Assembly: GCF_001949145.1 (NCBI RefSeq)
Contig: NW_019091356.1
Span: 646,938 to 710,937 of the forward strand
DNA: 64,000 nt
DNA from: Acanthaster planci
Taxonomy: Eukaryota
Direction of reading: 5' to 3'
Shown one piece after another: positions 39,201 through 50,164 of the stretch. The stretch's first letter is position 1; every line of letters begins with the position of its first letter. Under the pieces are notes generated by a model. It worked only from the letters and a program-made list of their open reading frames with translations, was not told the DNA's origin and searched no databases. The translations under genes were made by a program, and so were the position numbers.

Positions 39201-42200
39201 GTTCCGTACTACCCTTTTTACAGAGGGGTCACATACATTTTTGGCAGACATCTGTGTGGCCAAAGAGATCCTGGTTGAAGGATCTTGTCGTACGCAATGC
39301 TACCTTTTATATACACTGGATGTGTATTCAAACCAAAATAAAGGTTCATGTAATCTGATGTAATGAGAGCAAATAAGCTAACAAGGCATCTTCACTAAGG
39401 CTACTGTTCACACTATATTCTTGTAATTTTGCTCCAGACATAGTCTCACATACTTTTGTTCTTCAAAGCAGGGGCATGGTAAGGATACTTTGATATTTTG
39501 TTCCAGTTTTGAAAACTAATTCAACGTTTTAGTTTCAAGTTTAGTTTAAGCTGATGATTACTGCCAACTTACCAGCAGCCTACGATCCATGGAAGCCTTG
39601 CGGAGGACATTGGCAATACTGCTCATATCCTTCTCCCCGAGCCAAGTGTGGAACATCACCTTAAAGAACTCCAGGGAAATCCCTGACAAAGGTCAACACA
39701 GCAAAGAGAATTTGAGTCTCCAGTTTGTATGATCGTGACAAAAATTATTGGACAACAAAAAACCCGAGTCTGCCTTACCTTCCTTGACTAGAGTTTCGGT
39801 GTACAAGCTCTCGAGGCATTTGGCAGGATTATCGCCTGTACAGAGAAACAACCCTGTAAATATGGCCAACTTGTTGCGCTCTGACTGACTGAAGGTCTTC
39901 AGAAACGACAGGATCTAGACAGATAAGAGGGGAAACTTGTTGGTTACTGATTGAGGGTTTGTAACCTAAAATGCTATACCAAACGCAACGGGCAATTTCG
40001 ATTATACTCAGCTAAATTTGCTCGACTGATAAGCAATTATTAAGTACAAGTTAAAAACTAAATTAGAAATCTGTTTTAGAATAGTATGATTACGGTGCTC
40101 TCAAAAGAAAAACTGTTCACCTTCTTCATTTCATCATCCTCCAATTTCTTGCCCAAGTACCTGTAACGCCTTGTCAATCTCTGGAACACCTGTTGAAAAA
40201 ACAAACAAAATGAGCCTTTCAATGCCATGCAGCCTAGTCAGGAAATCTTACCCTACATACCATACGGGTACTGGCCTATGAGTGGTGGGTGCAGAGTACC
40301 AGTGACCAATTTTCAACTGAATGTGCAAAAGCATGGTTGTACTGCCACAATGTATTCCAATCAACAGCTAACTGGTCAATGCCATTGATTCAACTTGCTG
40401 GAAGATCTTCTTACCATGGCCACACCCTTAATAGCCTCGGTGGTCTCCTCCGCTGAGAAGAGGCAGAACTTACTGATGGTAGTCTCTTTCTTGTCGTCAT
40501 CTTGAAGGAGTGAACCTCCAGGGGCTAAAGAAGATAGAAATAAACTATGTAGGTCAAATACCAGGAGTCAAAGCAGTAAGTTTCACATCATAGGCACTAC
40601 ACAAATACTACAAGAGACTATAGTATAAAGGCACACTCTCGTACTGTTTTTCTTTCTAATGCACTCGTAAGTGCTGACCTCATGTCAAACCACTACAAAG
40701 ACCCCAACACTGTTTTGTCAATCATGGACAAGGCAAGACAAACACCACCTTGTCTGACTTTGAAAGAAGCACAGTTCCTTTTCAACTGCACTAGGATCAC
40801 CAGATAGTGTCACTTGAAAAATGTTAAAACGACACCTCAATCAAACCTACGATATGACTTAGTGTCTTTAACACACCTACCTAAGATGCCTCCAGCTAAG
40901 AGAATATCAAAGAGTGTCTCCCAGTAACGTTTGTAGTCGAGCTTGCTGCCAGCACCATCTAGATACTTGGTGACCTCATCCAGATTACTTACATTGATAT
41001 CATTAAGACCATTCACCAGAATGTCACGAAATCCATTAGGGTCGTACTTCTCTTTCTCATCTGTCAATAATCAAGGAAAAGAAAACTGTGATTGATGTTG
41101 ACTATCTACGAATATTGGTCCTTGTACAAGCTGAAATTTTTGAAATGAGCCAATCTGGCCAGAGCTGAAGTGCACCCTCACTGACAAAAGAAAGACAGGT
41201 TGGTGCCAAGTCTTTCAACTGGGTTCTTGTAGGCCTTTGGCATGCAAGCGAAGACCATACATTCCAGAATAAATTCATTACGCATACTTAGCGTTTTCTG
41301 CGTCAAACACAGAAACTTGCACGCCTATGCGGTGAGTTCGCACCAAAGAACCGTCAATTTTGTTTAAAAACACGCCCTCCTTTGTTCCCGCTCGGAGAGG
41401 ATGGCAATCAGAAAGTTTACATGTCTTCACTGGGCTCAAGAAGTCAGGGTCAGATTATCAAAGGCTAGTGTCCTAAAAAGCACACTGCACCCAAGATGTG
41501 ACCAGGCTTCCCTGTCCAGCCAACTAACCGAAGGTCCAGCCACCAATGTCCAGAAGAAAGCCAGTAGAACACTGACCTCCAACAGACAATGGAACTGGAG
41601 GTCTCAGGACGTGTCAGGACAAAGCTCAGAGAATGGATAAACTGTCACATCATTTTGCACAAACAGAAATAATATCACCAAAATTAATGAGTTAGGTAAC
41701 TGAAGTGGATCACTTTCAACAACTTCCAGATTCCAGCAAAAACAAGTACCTTGCTTCAAACTTCAAACCTGTGAAATACTGTGTGGACATTTAACTATGT
41801 CAGTTGGTCCTAGCTTGGCTGTCTCCTGATTTGTCAATGTCTGGTTTCAAAGGGCTTTTTTTTAGATGTCGTTTCAAAGGACATGACTAAATGAGCAGAC
41901 AACAATCACGAGGCCAGAAAACTCAAAGGAGCACGTGTAGCGGCCAAACCCATTTTTGATTTCTACCCCATTGAGGGCGCTATAAGCTGGGACCATAAAA
42001 AACAGCACTGAAATAAGATGGCTCCATCATGTTTTGCATCTGACAGATTTTGATTCGCCCATCCTGCCGAAGTTTATTAAACGGTTAGAGCTCATTAATC
42101 TCAGAATTCTCATATTAAATTAAAGAATTTGATTTAGTAATTACTGGGTTAGTTATAGTCTTGTATAAGCTGAAACTCACTCATTTAGGCAATGCTGTTA

Positions 42201-42812
42201 CATCGGTGGAATACTTTATTGTAAATGGTAAATAATACAAATACGCACATGGGAGGCCTACATATTGGAGCTATAGTCAAAATTATGGGGTTTCGTAACT
42301 TTGTCTATCTTAAATATTGGGCATCATAGTCTTTTAGGGGAACTTAGATACATGTATTAGTGTCACTTACATACACCTAAGTGCAAGCTATAATTGAGGT
42401 CGAAGTAGACATTGGGTGCATGTATATTTACATGTTCAAAGTGGGCACACATACATGTATTATTATCACCTAGACATCGGATGTACCGTACTCATAATTT
42501 CTGTTTTATTTTAATTTTATTGTAGTCAATCTGTGCCTGTGTCTGTGCATCAAGCTGTACACATGAACCAGAAGAGAAGCATTACACATCCGGATCTGAA
42601 GTGCACACTGTACATGTACAGCACTGCGTGTGTATCCTTTGGCACATTCAGCACAGATTCACTTTTCTGAAGGTTAAAAATTAGCTTCCATCGATTTATT
42701 TTTATTCCTCCCAAATGTTTTTGGTTGGTCTTTTTCAGCCAAGTGACTTACCCCGTTTCCGGGTCCTGATCCGCTGACCTGTGAGGACGGGTTTGGGCTG
42801 CTTATTACTCAT
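33266..42812 (-). CDS. BZW2: Basic leucine zipper and W2 domain protein / eIF5-mimic protein (5MP)
   Basis: [33 protein letters not shown]...[24 protein letters not shown]...VEWNKKEEL...[16 protein letters not shown]. Exons 42812-42752, 41060-40881, 40524-40415, 40189-40121, 39914-39779, 39682-39573, 38678-38502, 38193-38128, 36666-36586, 36301-36230, 35594-35528, 34710-34588, 33285-33266, all in phase. Probable non-coding exon 1 at about 47065-47027. Best read as a co-ortholog of vertebrate BZW1/BZW2. Confidence 0.96.
34262..34450. repeat. Degenerate minisatellite, about 20-bp unit ggtcaaccacaaagggcata
   Basis: About 8-9 tandem units in the last BZW intron. Confidence 0.85.
34887..35460. 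mobile_element. Tc1/mariner/pogo-type MITE
   Basis: TIRs CAGTCGACTTTCGTTAATACG and CAGTCGACTCTCGGTAATACG (19/21), flanked by TA on both sides. Confidence 0.88.
35763..35850 (-). ncRNA. Intronic box C/D snoRNA, paralog A
   Basis: gtccctag-a-ATGATGT...cccgatagac-CTGA...ATGAAGT...CTGA-ctggggac: 8-bp terminal stem and boxes C, D', C', D, on the sense strand of a BZW intron. Confidence 0.85.
37244..37332 (-). ncRNA. Intronic box C/D snoRNA, paralog B
   Basis: tgccctgag-a-ATGATGT...cccgatagactt-CTGA-tgttggcttaagacaccagca-CTGAAGT...CTGA-ctcgggaca: terminal stem present; homologous to 35763-35850. Confidence 0.85.
41160..41402 (-). repeat. Dispersed repeat, copy 2 (homologous to 10220-10420)
   Basis: Same collinear blocks as copy 1. 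Confidence 0.75.
41404..41658 (-). ncRNA. SNORD17: Long box C/D snoRNA, SNORD17 (HBI-43)-like
   Basis: gcaaa-ATGATGT-gacaGTTTATCCATTCt-CTGA ... CAGTGTTCTACTG ... CTGA-ttgc, about 255 nt. The 5' guide and the internal CAGTGTTCTACTG match my recollection of vertebrate SNORD17. The guide is antisense to 28S GAAUGGAU(G/U)AAC, and the D'+5 position falls on the U of GAAUGG. Confidence 0.85.
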
Positions 42813-43544
42813 AAATAAAAGTGTTTGCTGCGAGGAAAAGAAGAAACACTAAATGTTAAATAGTACTAAATCTCTCATCAATATGAGGTCAAAACAACAG
42901 ATGTCCAAACAGCTGCTCAGACTCAAGCTAAGTAAGCTTAGGGAATGACCGAACACTTGCAGTGACTTTGGTACTTTCAGAGCACTTCACTTTAGAAACA
43001 TGGCCACTTTAAAAATAAACAACATGTTTTATTCAGTTATCAAACCAGCTTATTTCAAAACTTGGCTTCATGCAGGCATGCAACTTGGACTCTGGAAAAA
43101 AGGAGGAAATTCCAATCTTTACAAGACTTTATTCAGTGTTTTTTTATTTTCAATGGCATGAGTGGGAAGTGAAAAAGAAAGAAATCAGCTGATCCAATGA
43201 AAAGATGCATGCCTGTTCATGAAAGATCACTTGCTCTCTCATGAATGCGAAATCAATTTGACATCAAGAACCATTCATTGTGAAATTCCCCGAGTTGAAC
43301 ATTCAAGTCACAGAAGTTCCACGTGACATGAAGTAGACAGTCCAGTCATGGACACGAGTACAACAGAGTGAAAATCAAGTCATCCCCAATTAAAAGTAAA
43401 CATGTCAGGGACATGTATTAGACATTAAGTCAATAATGGCCATGTATACAATCATCTTTGAAATCACATGTACCCAAAACACAGCACCAAAACAGTTCCC
43501 CTTTGAATGTTATCCCATGATAGCTGGCATTGACCTGTCGGAAA

Positions 43545-43620
43545 ACAGCAAGTCAGCAGTGTGATTTCATTGGTTAGAATCACTGACTCATAGCCCAATG
43601 CTTGTCATCATTCTTGCTGT
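43545..43620 (-). ncRNA. SNORD88: Box C/D snoRNA, SNORD88/snR76-like
   Basis: acagcaag-a-ATGATGA-caAGCATTGGGCt-ATGA-gtca-GTGATT...GAAATCACActg-CTGA-cttgctgt, with a perfect 8-bp terminal stem. The D' guide is antisense to 28S GCCCAGUGCU (one G-U pair); D'+5 falls on the third C. Confidence 0.88.
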
Positions 43621-45897
43621 ACACTGCTACAAAGTGCAGACAACTATGCTATCATGACCATACATCATATTCAAGGCTACAAGTGTGTCCATGAGGCATT
43701 TGGCATTCTGTTCATGGTAAAAAGCCTGGGACTTCCCAGAGCCAATGAAGGCAATTGGCCTAAGAAACACGATTAACCTTGGACTTTGTGTTGCTGTTCC
43801 TAGAAATGACAATGAAGCATTTGATAACTGCACCAAACCAGACGTAATAGCCTTGTCCTAACTAAGCAAGGTTACAACAAACACACTCAATAATATATTA
43901 AATAATATCACTTCTGGGGTATAAAAACCTAATCAAAACACAAAACCCAATTATTTCCATGATTTTGAACACATCCAGAGTATAAGTCTGGAAAACATTT
44001 TTTTAAACTAATTAGAACTCAACTCTTATTTCTGTTCATCCACCTTCAACAAATACAAAACGTATTTATCTTCGGCCTTCAAAGATAAAAACTGACATTT
44101 GGGCCATGTGAGCCCCTTCTTATGTTTCCAAGCTAAACTTTTTTCAATAATTGCTATTTTCTTTCACGATAAAAAAGTCTTTGAAGAGGGGACTAACAAA
44201 AACCAAAACTCACTGGGATTTTAACAAGCCTTTTCTTGTCACTGCCAAACAATTTCCTCCGTTACTCTACCTACAATCAGAGCCCACTCAGACCAGTACC
44301 TTAGAGGGGGAAAAAAGCAAAACAAAACATCAAAACAAAAATAAACAAACACAAACCTATTTTCAGGATATTACAGGGATGAAAATAACAAAGATTCATT
44401 TACTAAAAAATGGTGTGCTGAAATAAGGACTGAAGTTCAATTAAACAAGTGACCACTGCATTTTAAATTGCAGTGTGAAATTTCGAAGTGAAAGAACTGT
44501 CTCATATTGTATAAAAGTTAAGACTCCAAAGGTATTTTTGCTGTGGTCAAAAATCAGAATCGAAATCTCTAGTGTTTGGTAATTCCAATTTTTGTTACAT
44601 CTCAGTCTATTGGTTTGTCTTTGTTTTGTTTTGTGCTTGTTTTGTTTGGACTGTATTGTACTGCAATTGTCTTTCTTTCATGTATAATCTGTTGTCAGTC
44701 TTCCTTGTCTGGTTCTTTCTTGTCTTAATAAAGCATTTCTGTCTAAGACATTGTCTTCTGAAGATGCCTCCATATCTGCCCCCTTTGATTTCAGTGTCTT
44801 ATGGTCTTATTTAATTTTCACTCTTGTAGTCAAAAATCTTTTACTTATTGACCCTGTGTATGATTTGATACATACATTGCAATATGGAAATAGACGTCGA
44901 GTCAAGAAAAAACCAACAAACAATCAATCCATACCTGCAAGCAACAAACATTAATTGTACTAAGGGACCCTCGCTCGATTCAGGTAGTCTTCATAGTTTA
45001 CTGGACTTCCCCTTTCCACAAATTTAGTTAAACTACAGTAGTAAACATTCAACATGCTATTGCTTCCTTCTGTGCAGATGTATCCCAAAATGTCAGGGTG
45101 TTATTCTAGAGTGTCATTTGCTGTTCAAAACATACCGAATTTCATTTCTAATAAAGGACAGGGGCACTTAACATACATGTAACTGTACATTATACACAAG
45201 GCCAATGCACTGACAACATCATAGTTTGTTTTCCTGAATGCTGCAACGTTTGGTAGCTGTGATCACATCAAAACTGTACACCAGACATCAACACACTCAG
45301 GTATCAGGTGTCAGCGTGCATAACGACACGATATGGTTTTTGTGAATGGTCTGCTGGGCCAGCGTGACATGACATCATCTCCAGGACATTAAAATACCAT
45401 TTAAATCAGTATTTGAGCAAGGTGGCGACTTCAAGCTTGACGACAAGAGCATTTCCAATTTGACAGGGAAATTTCTCTTTTCTTCCAAAATGGGATAAAC
45501 CTTACCATATTTATTGGAAAGGCCAATTCTCACTTAATCCTAAGCTAGGAACATTAGACAGTTTAAGACCATTTTGGACGTGAATTTGGAGGATTTGATT
45601 CCGGGTACGAACTATTTTGTGTGAAATGAATAAATGGGATGGAAAGCCTATGCAAGGTATTGTCACCTGACCATGTCCAAATGTTAGACTGTTAGAAAGG
45701 CGATTCCTAGAGTCCGAGTTACTCGGACTTCTAGCAACTATGCAACCCAATGCTTCCTTGGCTTTGAGTCCCCATATTTCTTGTTTGGTTTTACTGACAC
45801 AACATGTTCATTAATTTGTTGCAGGTCATTAAGTTTACGGATGATGAAATATGGTCCTAACATTTGTTTGCCACCAACACAGAATACCAGTCAGCAA

Positions 45898-46491
45898 ATG
45901 TCGCCCCTAACGACTTTGCCCTATCCCCACTTCCCCCCATTTCCCCTTTGCCGTCCGTGCTCGGTTGTAATATAAGCCTCTTAAAAAATGGTTGAGACTT
46001 GAGAGGGTTGTTCCACAAAAGACACAGTTATTATAGAAAACTCTACAGCATTAAATTAACATTGACTGCGTTGTCCATCGGGGTTATTTCTCATCACGTA
46101 CATGTACGATTGCCGCGGCATAAATAGACTGGTTGCCACACTCCATCACGCATTCCTTTACACAGGTGCAGTGTGGCGGGAACCAGCACTTTGCTCACGT
46201 GTTTTTCCACAGTGACAACAAAACACAGAAAAAACTTTTTTTTGTCGAGGGTCTCGCCGAAAAGTTTGGGTTCGGCGGTTGAGAAATCAGAACCCGTTTT
46301 GACCTCTGAAAGTTGGATTCTCCGATTGTTATTTGGGTACTCAAACACCTATGTTTTTACTTGTTGCATCCAGGCCTATGGCTCTGTTACTGAAGAACGG
46401 AATGAACAATAATCAATGGGGAAAGTGGAAATGGGGCGAAGTGGTTAGGGGCGAAGTGGTTTGGGGCGAAGTGGTTAGGGGCGAAGTGACC
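45898..46491. mobile_element. MITE-like element with internally repetitive inverted ends
   Basis: Left tcgcccctaacgactttgccctatccccacttcccccca is the inverted counterpart of right tggggaaagtggaaatggggcgaagtggttaggggcgaagt (15-bp unit repeated). Confidence 0.7.
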
Positions 46492-47065
46492 ACCCCCCGC
46501 ATGGTCAGGCATTCTTCATGTAATTTTTTTCTTTCTGTCAAATGAACAAAGAAAAAAAAACACCACCAAACACACCAAGTAAAAGGCCATGGCCTACTAT
46601 GCCAACCACAATAAACTGTGCAGAACTAAAGAACACTCTTTCCACAACACAGGAATGTTGGCACAATTTCCTTTTCACTAAACCAGAAGTCACTAAACCA
46701 GAAGTAAAATCATTGGGTAAAATCCTCTGAATGTAGGCCTACTGAAATCAAAAGAAAAGTTCTTTTTCCAAGATGTGCGACTGGTGTCCGTTTCCATGCA
46801 CGTAGGCTTATGCCAATTTCTGAACACAGCAGAATACCAGCAAGTAGGCTAAGGTAAAAAGGTTTTCCAGTTTAAAATTCGACTAAATCTTCATTAAACA
46901 GGGAGCTCATTTAAAACTGCTTCCGTAATTATCATTATGGATCCTTAATCAATCCACCAAGTTACATTTCAGCAAAAAGGATACCAACATTCACACAAAA
47001 TATAACACAATCTTGGAGCAACTTACGGAAGTTCCCTTGCTTACTCAACAGTCGTGCAATGGCGT

Positions 47066-48029
47066 ACGAGTCGAGTGCGCGCACGTACATGTACAGTGCA
47101 GTGTACTATGTAAGTAAGTGTGCATATTCCGCGTATTTCACGTACAACGTGTGCGGGGAGCTCGTCCCATAAAGGTTTTGGACAAATGACTCATGACGAC
47201 TTTTAAAAAAAATTAATAAACTAGGTATGCAGAAAAGTGCGGCCACACACAAAAGTAAGACAGAAGGCCAGGATGGGAGATATCCAGTGGAGGAAGTGCT
47301 CCTTACAAACCTTCTCTGAAATTTTACCAAGCAAATTAACCAATGTTTAAACAAAATAAAGAAAATGTAAACGCTTCCAATCCACAACGGAGCAAAAAAA
47401 TAGAAACTGTAGAAGCTGGTACCTTTATAATTGTAGTTTTTAAGTTTATACCACTATCGAAACTTTGTCTCCAATAAAAAAGTGGACACGAAATAGTTTA
47501 GGTATTTAGAGAGAAAGAAGTAACATGACGTATTAAACTGGTGATGCAAATACATGTACACTGTACAGGTACACGTACTGTATGTACAAGTACCTGTGTC
47601 GTATTATGTACATGTATTGCAAGAAAAGATCGTATAGCGCCGCCAAGAATCTTTGATTGCAAGTTCTAAGTTGTAGCTCTGAAGAAAACTTGTATTGCAA
47701 CCCAAAATAGTACGGTAGTGGCGCCCCCTTACCATGACCTGCTAAAAATAGTGTAAAGTATGAGAGCCCAGTCTTGCCAGTAAAATAAAAAAAATTGTGA
47801 GAAACAAATTCATTTGTATGAATTACTAATTTGTTATTACAAATTAATTATTTGTTATCACGAGTTAATAATTCGTTATTTTGAATTATTTATTTATTAA
47901 TATGGATTATAATTTCGAAATTACCAATTAGTAATTCGTGATGAAGAATTAGTATCCCACTAAAATGTTTGTTTAAGTGGCACTACAGGACTTTCGTACT
48001 AACTCGTGTGGTCCACCAATATAATAAAC
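47066..48029. promoter_or_regulatory. Putative bidirectional promoter between BZW (minus) and SEM1 (plus)
   Basis: Head-to-head arrangement within about 1 kb and local CpG enrichment; the probable BZW first exon begins near cgccatt and ends at a gtaagt donor (47026). Confidence 0.55.
47757..48000. mobile_element. Degenerate AT-rich MITE-like element
   Basis: Imperfect inverted ends agtatgagagcccagtcttgccagtaaaataaa and agtacgaaagtcctgtagtgccacttaaacaaa (reverse complement), with an aattcgt/ataattt-rich interior. Confidence 0.5.
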
Positions 48030-50164
48030 ATGGCCGACTCCAAAAAACAGGAGAAAAGAGCACCAGAGAAAAAAGTTGATCTTGGATTACTTGAGGAGGA
48101 TGACGAATTCGAAGAATTTCCAGCAGAGGGTCAGTATAGACAACGTTGTCTTGAAAATACTACAGAAGATTTTTTTTGTGTTTGTATCTGTTTGGGGCAG
48201 TCGGGGCCTTACATCATGTTCATTTTCAACTTTCAATTGTCGTTGTTGGGGCGAGTTAGGGCTCACGTGCGATTCGTTAGGTAAAGATTAAAACTTTTCG
48301 CCCCTGTATTGAAGGCTTGGAAAGAGTTCCATGTACCGGTCATTACCGATCATGCCGGTCGTACTAGTCTGCGTCAACACACGTTAAAACTTAAGTAGCG
48401 TCAACAAAGAGTGACAAAGCGTTAACATCTTGAGAATATCCTCTTGAGGTTTCAAAGTGGTTTTAATTTATATTCTTAACATGTTCCACTGACTGTGACC
48501 ATGCCATGGTGCATGGACATGATGGACTGTGTAATTGTAAGAAAAATGGAATTTTATTCCAGATTCATTCCAGAAAACAAACATTTTCCAATGTTTTCGT
48601 GATAAATGGGAACCACCATCATTCTTTTCTCTGCCGTCCACGCGAAAACAAGATGGCAGCTGGTTTGGCTGCACAAGCAGAATTATCATTTTAGATAAAT
48701 GTAATATAGTGAATAGATGACATGTAGATCATACCCAGTTGTATATTGTGCATATAATTTTTTTGCATAGAGATTCATGAATAACTCGACACTTTGCTGA
48801 CACTACTTGATGCTTTGTTGACGGTACTTCATGCTTGTTGACGCTAAATAGCATGACCCGATGATGATGCTTTATTTGGAAAGAGTTCCATATGCCTCTT
48901 GAGACTCCATCCTGACCCCGCATTGGATGCCACATCGCATAAACCCCTGGACTTGAGTTTGAGTCAGTCTTGAGACTGGTCGGAAAAAGTATTTTAGAAG
49001 TAAACGACTGTGTATTTTCCCTCCTATTCAGTGACCTTTTTTGGCATGTTTTTGAGTTTTGCTTTCTGATGGCTTATAGGTCACTATAGGGAATAAATAC
49101 TGGTGGTCGTATGTGGAACTCTTTCCCTGTTTATAATGACATTTTTTATTTTCATTACGTATTCCCAGGGCAAAGCCTGGCATACATGGCATGTTTAGGT
49201 CGACATTTACACAATGGCTAGCTTATTGTTTATGTTAAGGAAGTTTAGGCAGGTCTGTGTATTCTGTCTGCTTTTTTGCACTGGTTGGGTGTATTGGAAA
49301 CGGGAACTAGACCACTCTACAGCGAATGGATCTCAGACTCTCTGGGGGTATGAAGCTATCAAGAAAAAGAATCAAATATAGAGAGTAAACAGGTGATCTG
49401 ATTGAGAAACTAAAGAAACTAAATGGGGGGCAAAGAAACAAAACTCCTGCAGCGATTTGGCTCGATCTTAGCACATCACGATTGCAGACCAGCACACGTT
49501 CAGTGACCCTGAGTGTACGTGAACAATATAAGCATATCTGTACCAGATCACGATCAAACATACACTGCCTAATTTTCTGAAGAAACCTGTGGACCATCAC
49601 AGACTATGTTCCTGAATTTTAAGTCTTCGATCAACTTCCTGATGCCCCCAAAAAGGAATTACGCTAGAATAACTTCATTTTGGGAGAAGCCAGAGAAAAA
49701 GAGTGAACTACGCGTAGTCTAGTGAGCAGATTGGGCGAGATAATCTGTCAAGGCGCGCTGACTTATTCTTGTGAATTTTTCTGAAAGAATGGGGAAGCGA
49801 AGAGGAGGATCCTACTGACTCCAATGTTTGGGAGGACAACTGGGATGATGATGATGTGGAGGATGATTTCTCCAAGCAGCTGAGGTTAGTATCAATTGAG
49901 GGGGTGAGATTTCTGGAATATTGCTAGTGTGCCAAATATCTTTTTGCGATGTTTATGTTGGGTCCATGAAAAAAGCTTAATTTCAGCTGAATTTGCCACT
50001 TCCACAAGCAAACTGGTATTTTGGTTTTATTATGACAGGTTAGATCTAAATCAAAGTATGTGCAGCATTTTTTCAAACACTACAGATTTTTTTTCCCCCT
50101 TTTGTTCAGAGCGGAACTTGAAAAACAGGGGAGCAAAGACCAGCCAGAACCAATGAAGACGTAG
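48030..50164 (+). CDS. SEM1: 26S proteasome complex subunit SEM1/DSS1
   Basis: Exons 48030-48129, 49788-49884 and 50110-50164 give [83 protein letters not shown]. Confidence 0.98.
48878..49127. mobile_element. Small MITE-like element in SEM1 intron 1
   Basis: Inverted ends ggaaagagttccatatgc and gtatgtggaactctttcc; a third ggaaagagttccat copy lies at about 48319. Confidence 0.5.

Noticed and set aside
42895..43060. Possible H/ACA RNA (AAAGTA...hairpin...ACA) in BZW intron 1
   Set aside because: The 5' hairpin is unconvincing and such short boxes arise by chance
46070..46100. GTGATGA...ACCCGATGGAC resembling the orphan snoRNA guide
   Set aside because: No D' or D box follows, and it lies inside a MITE-like element
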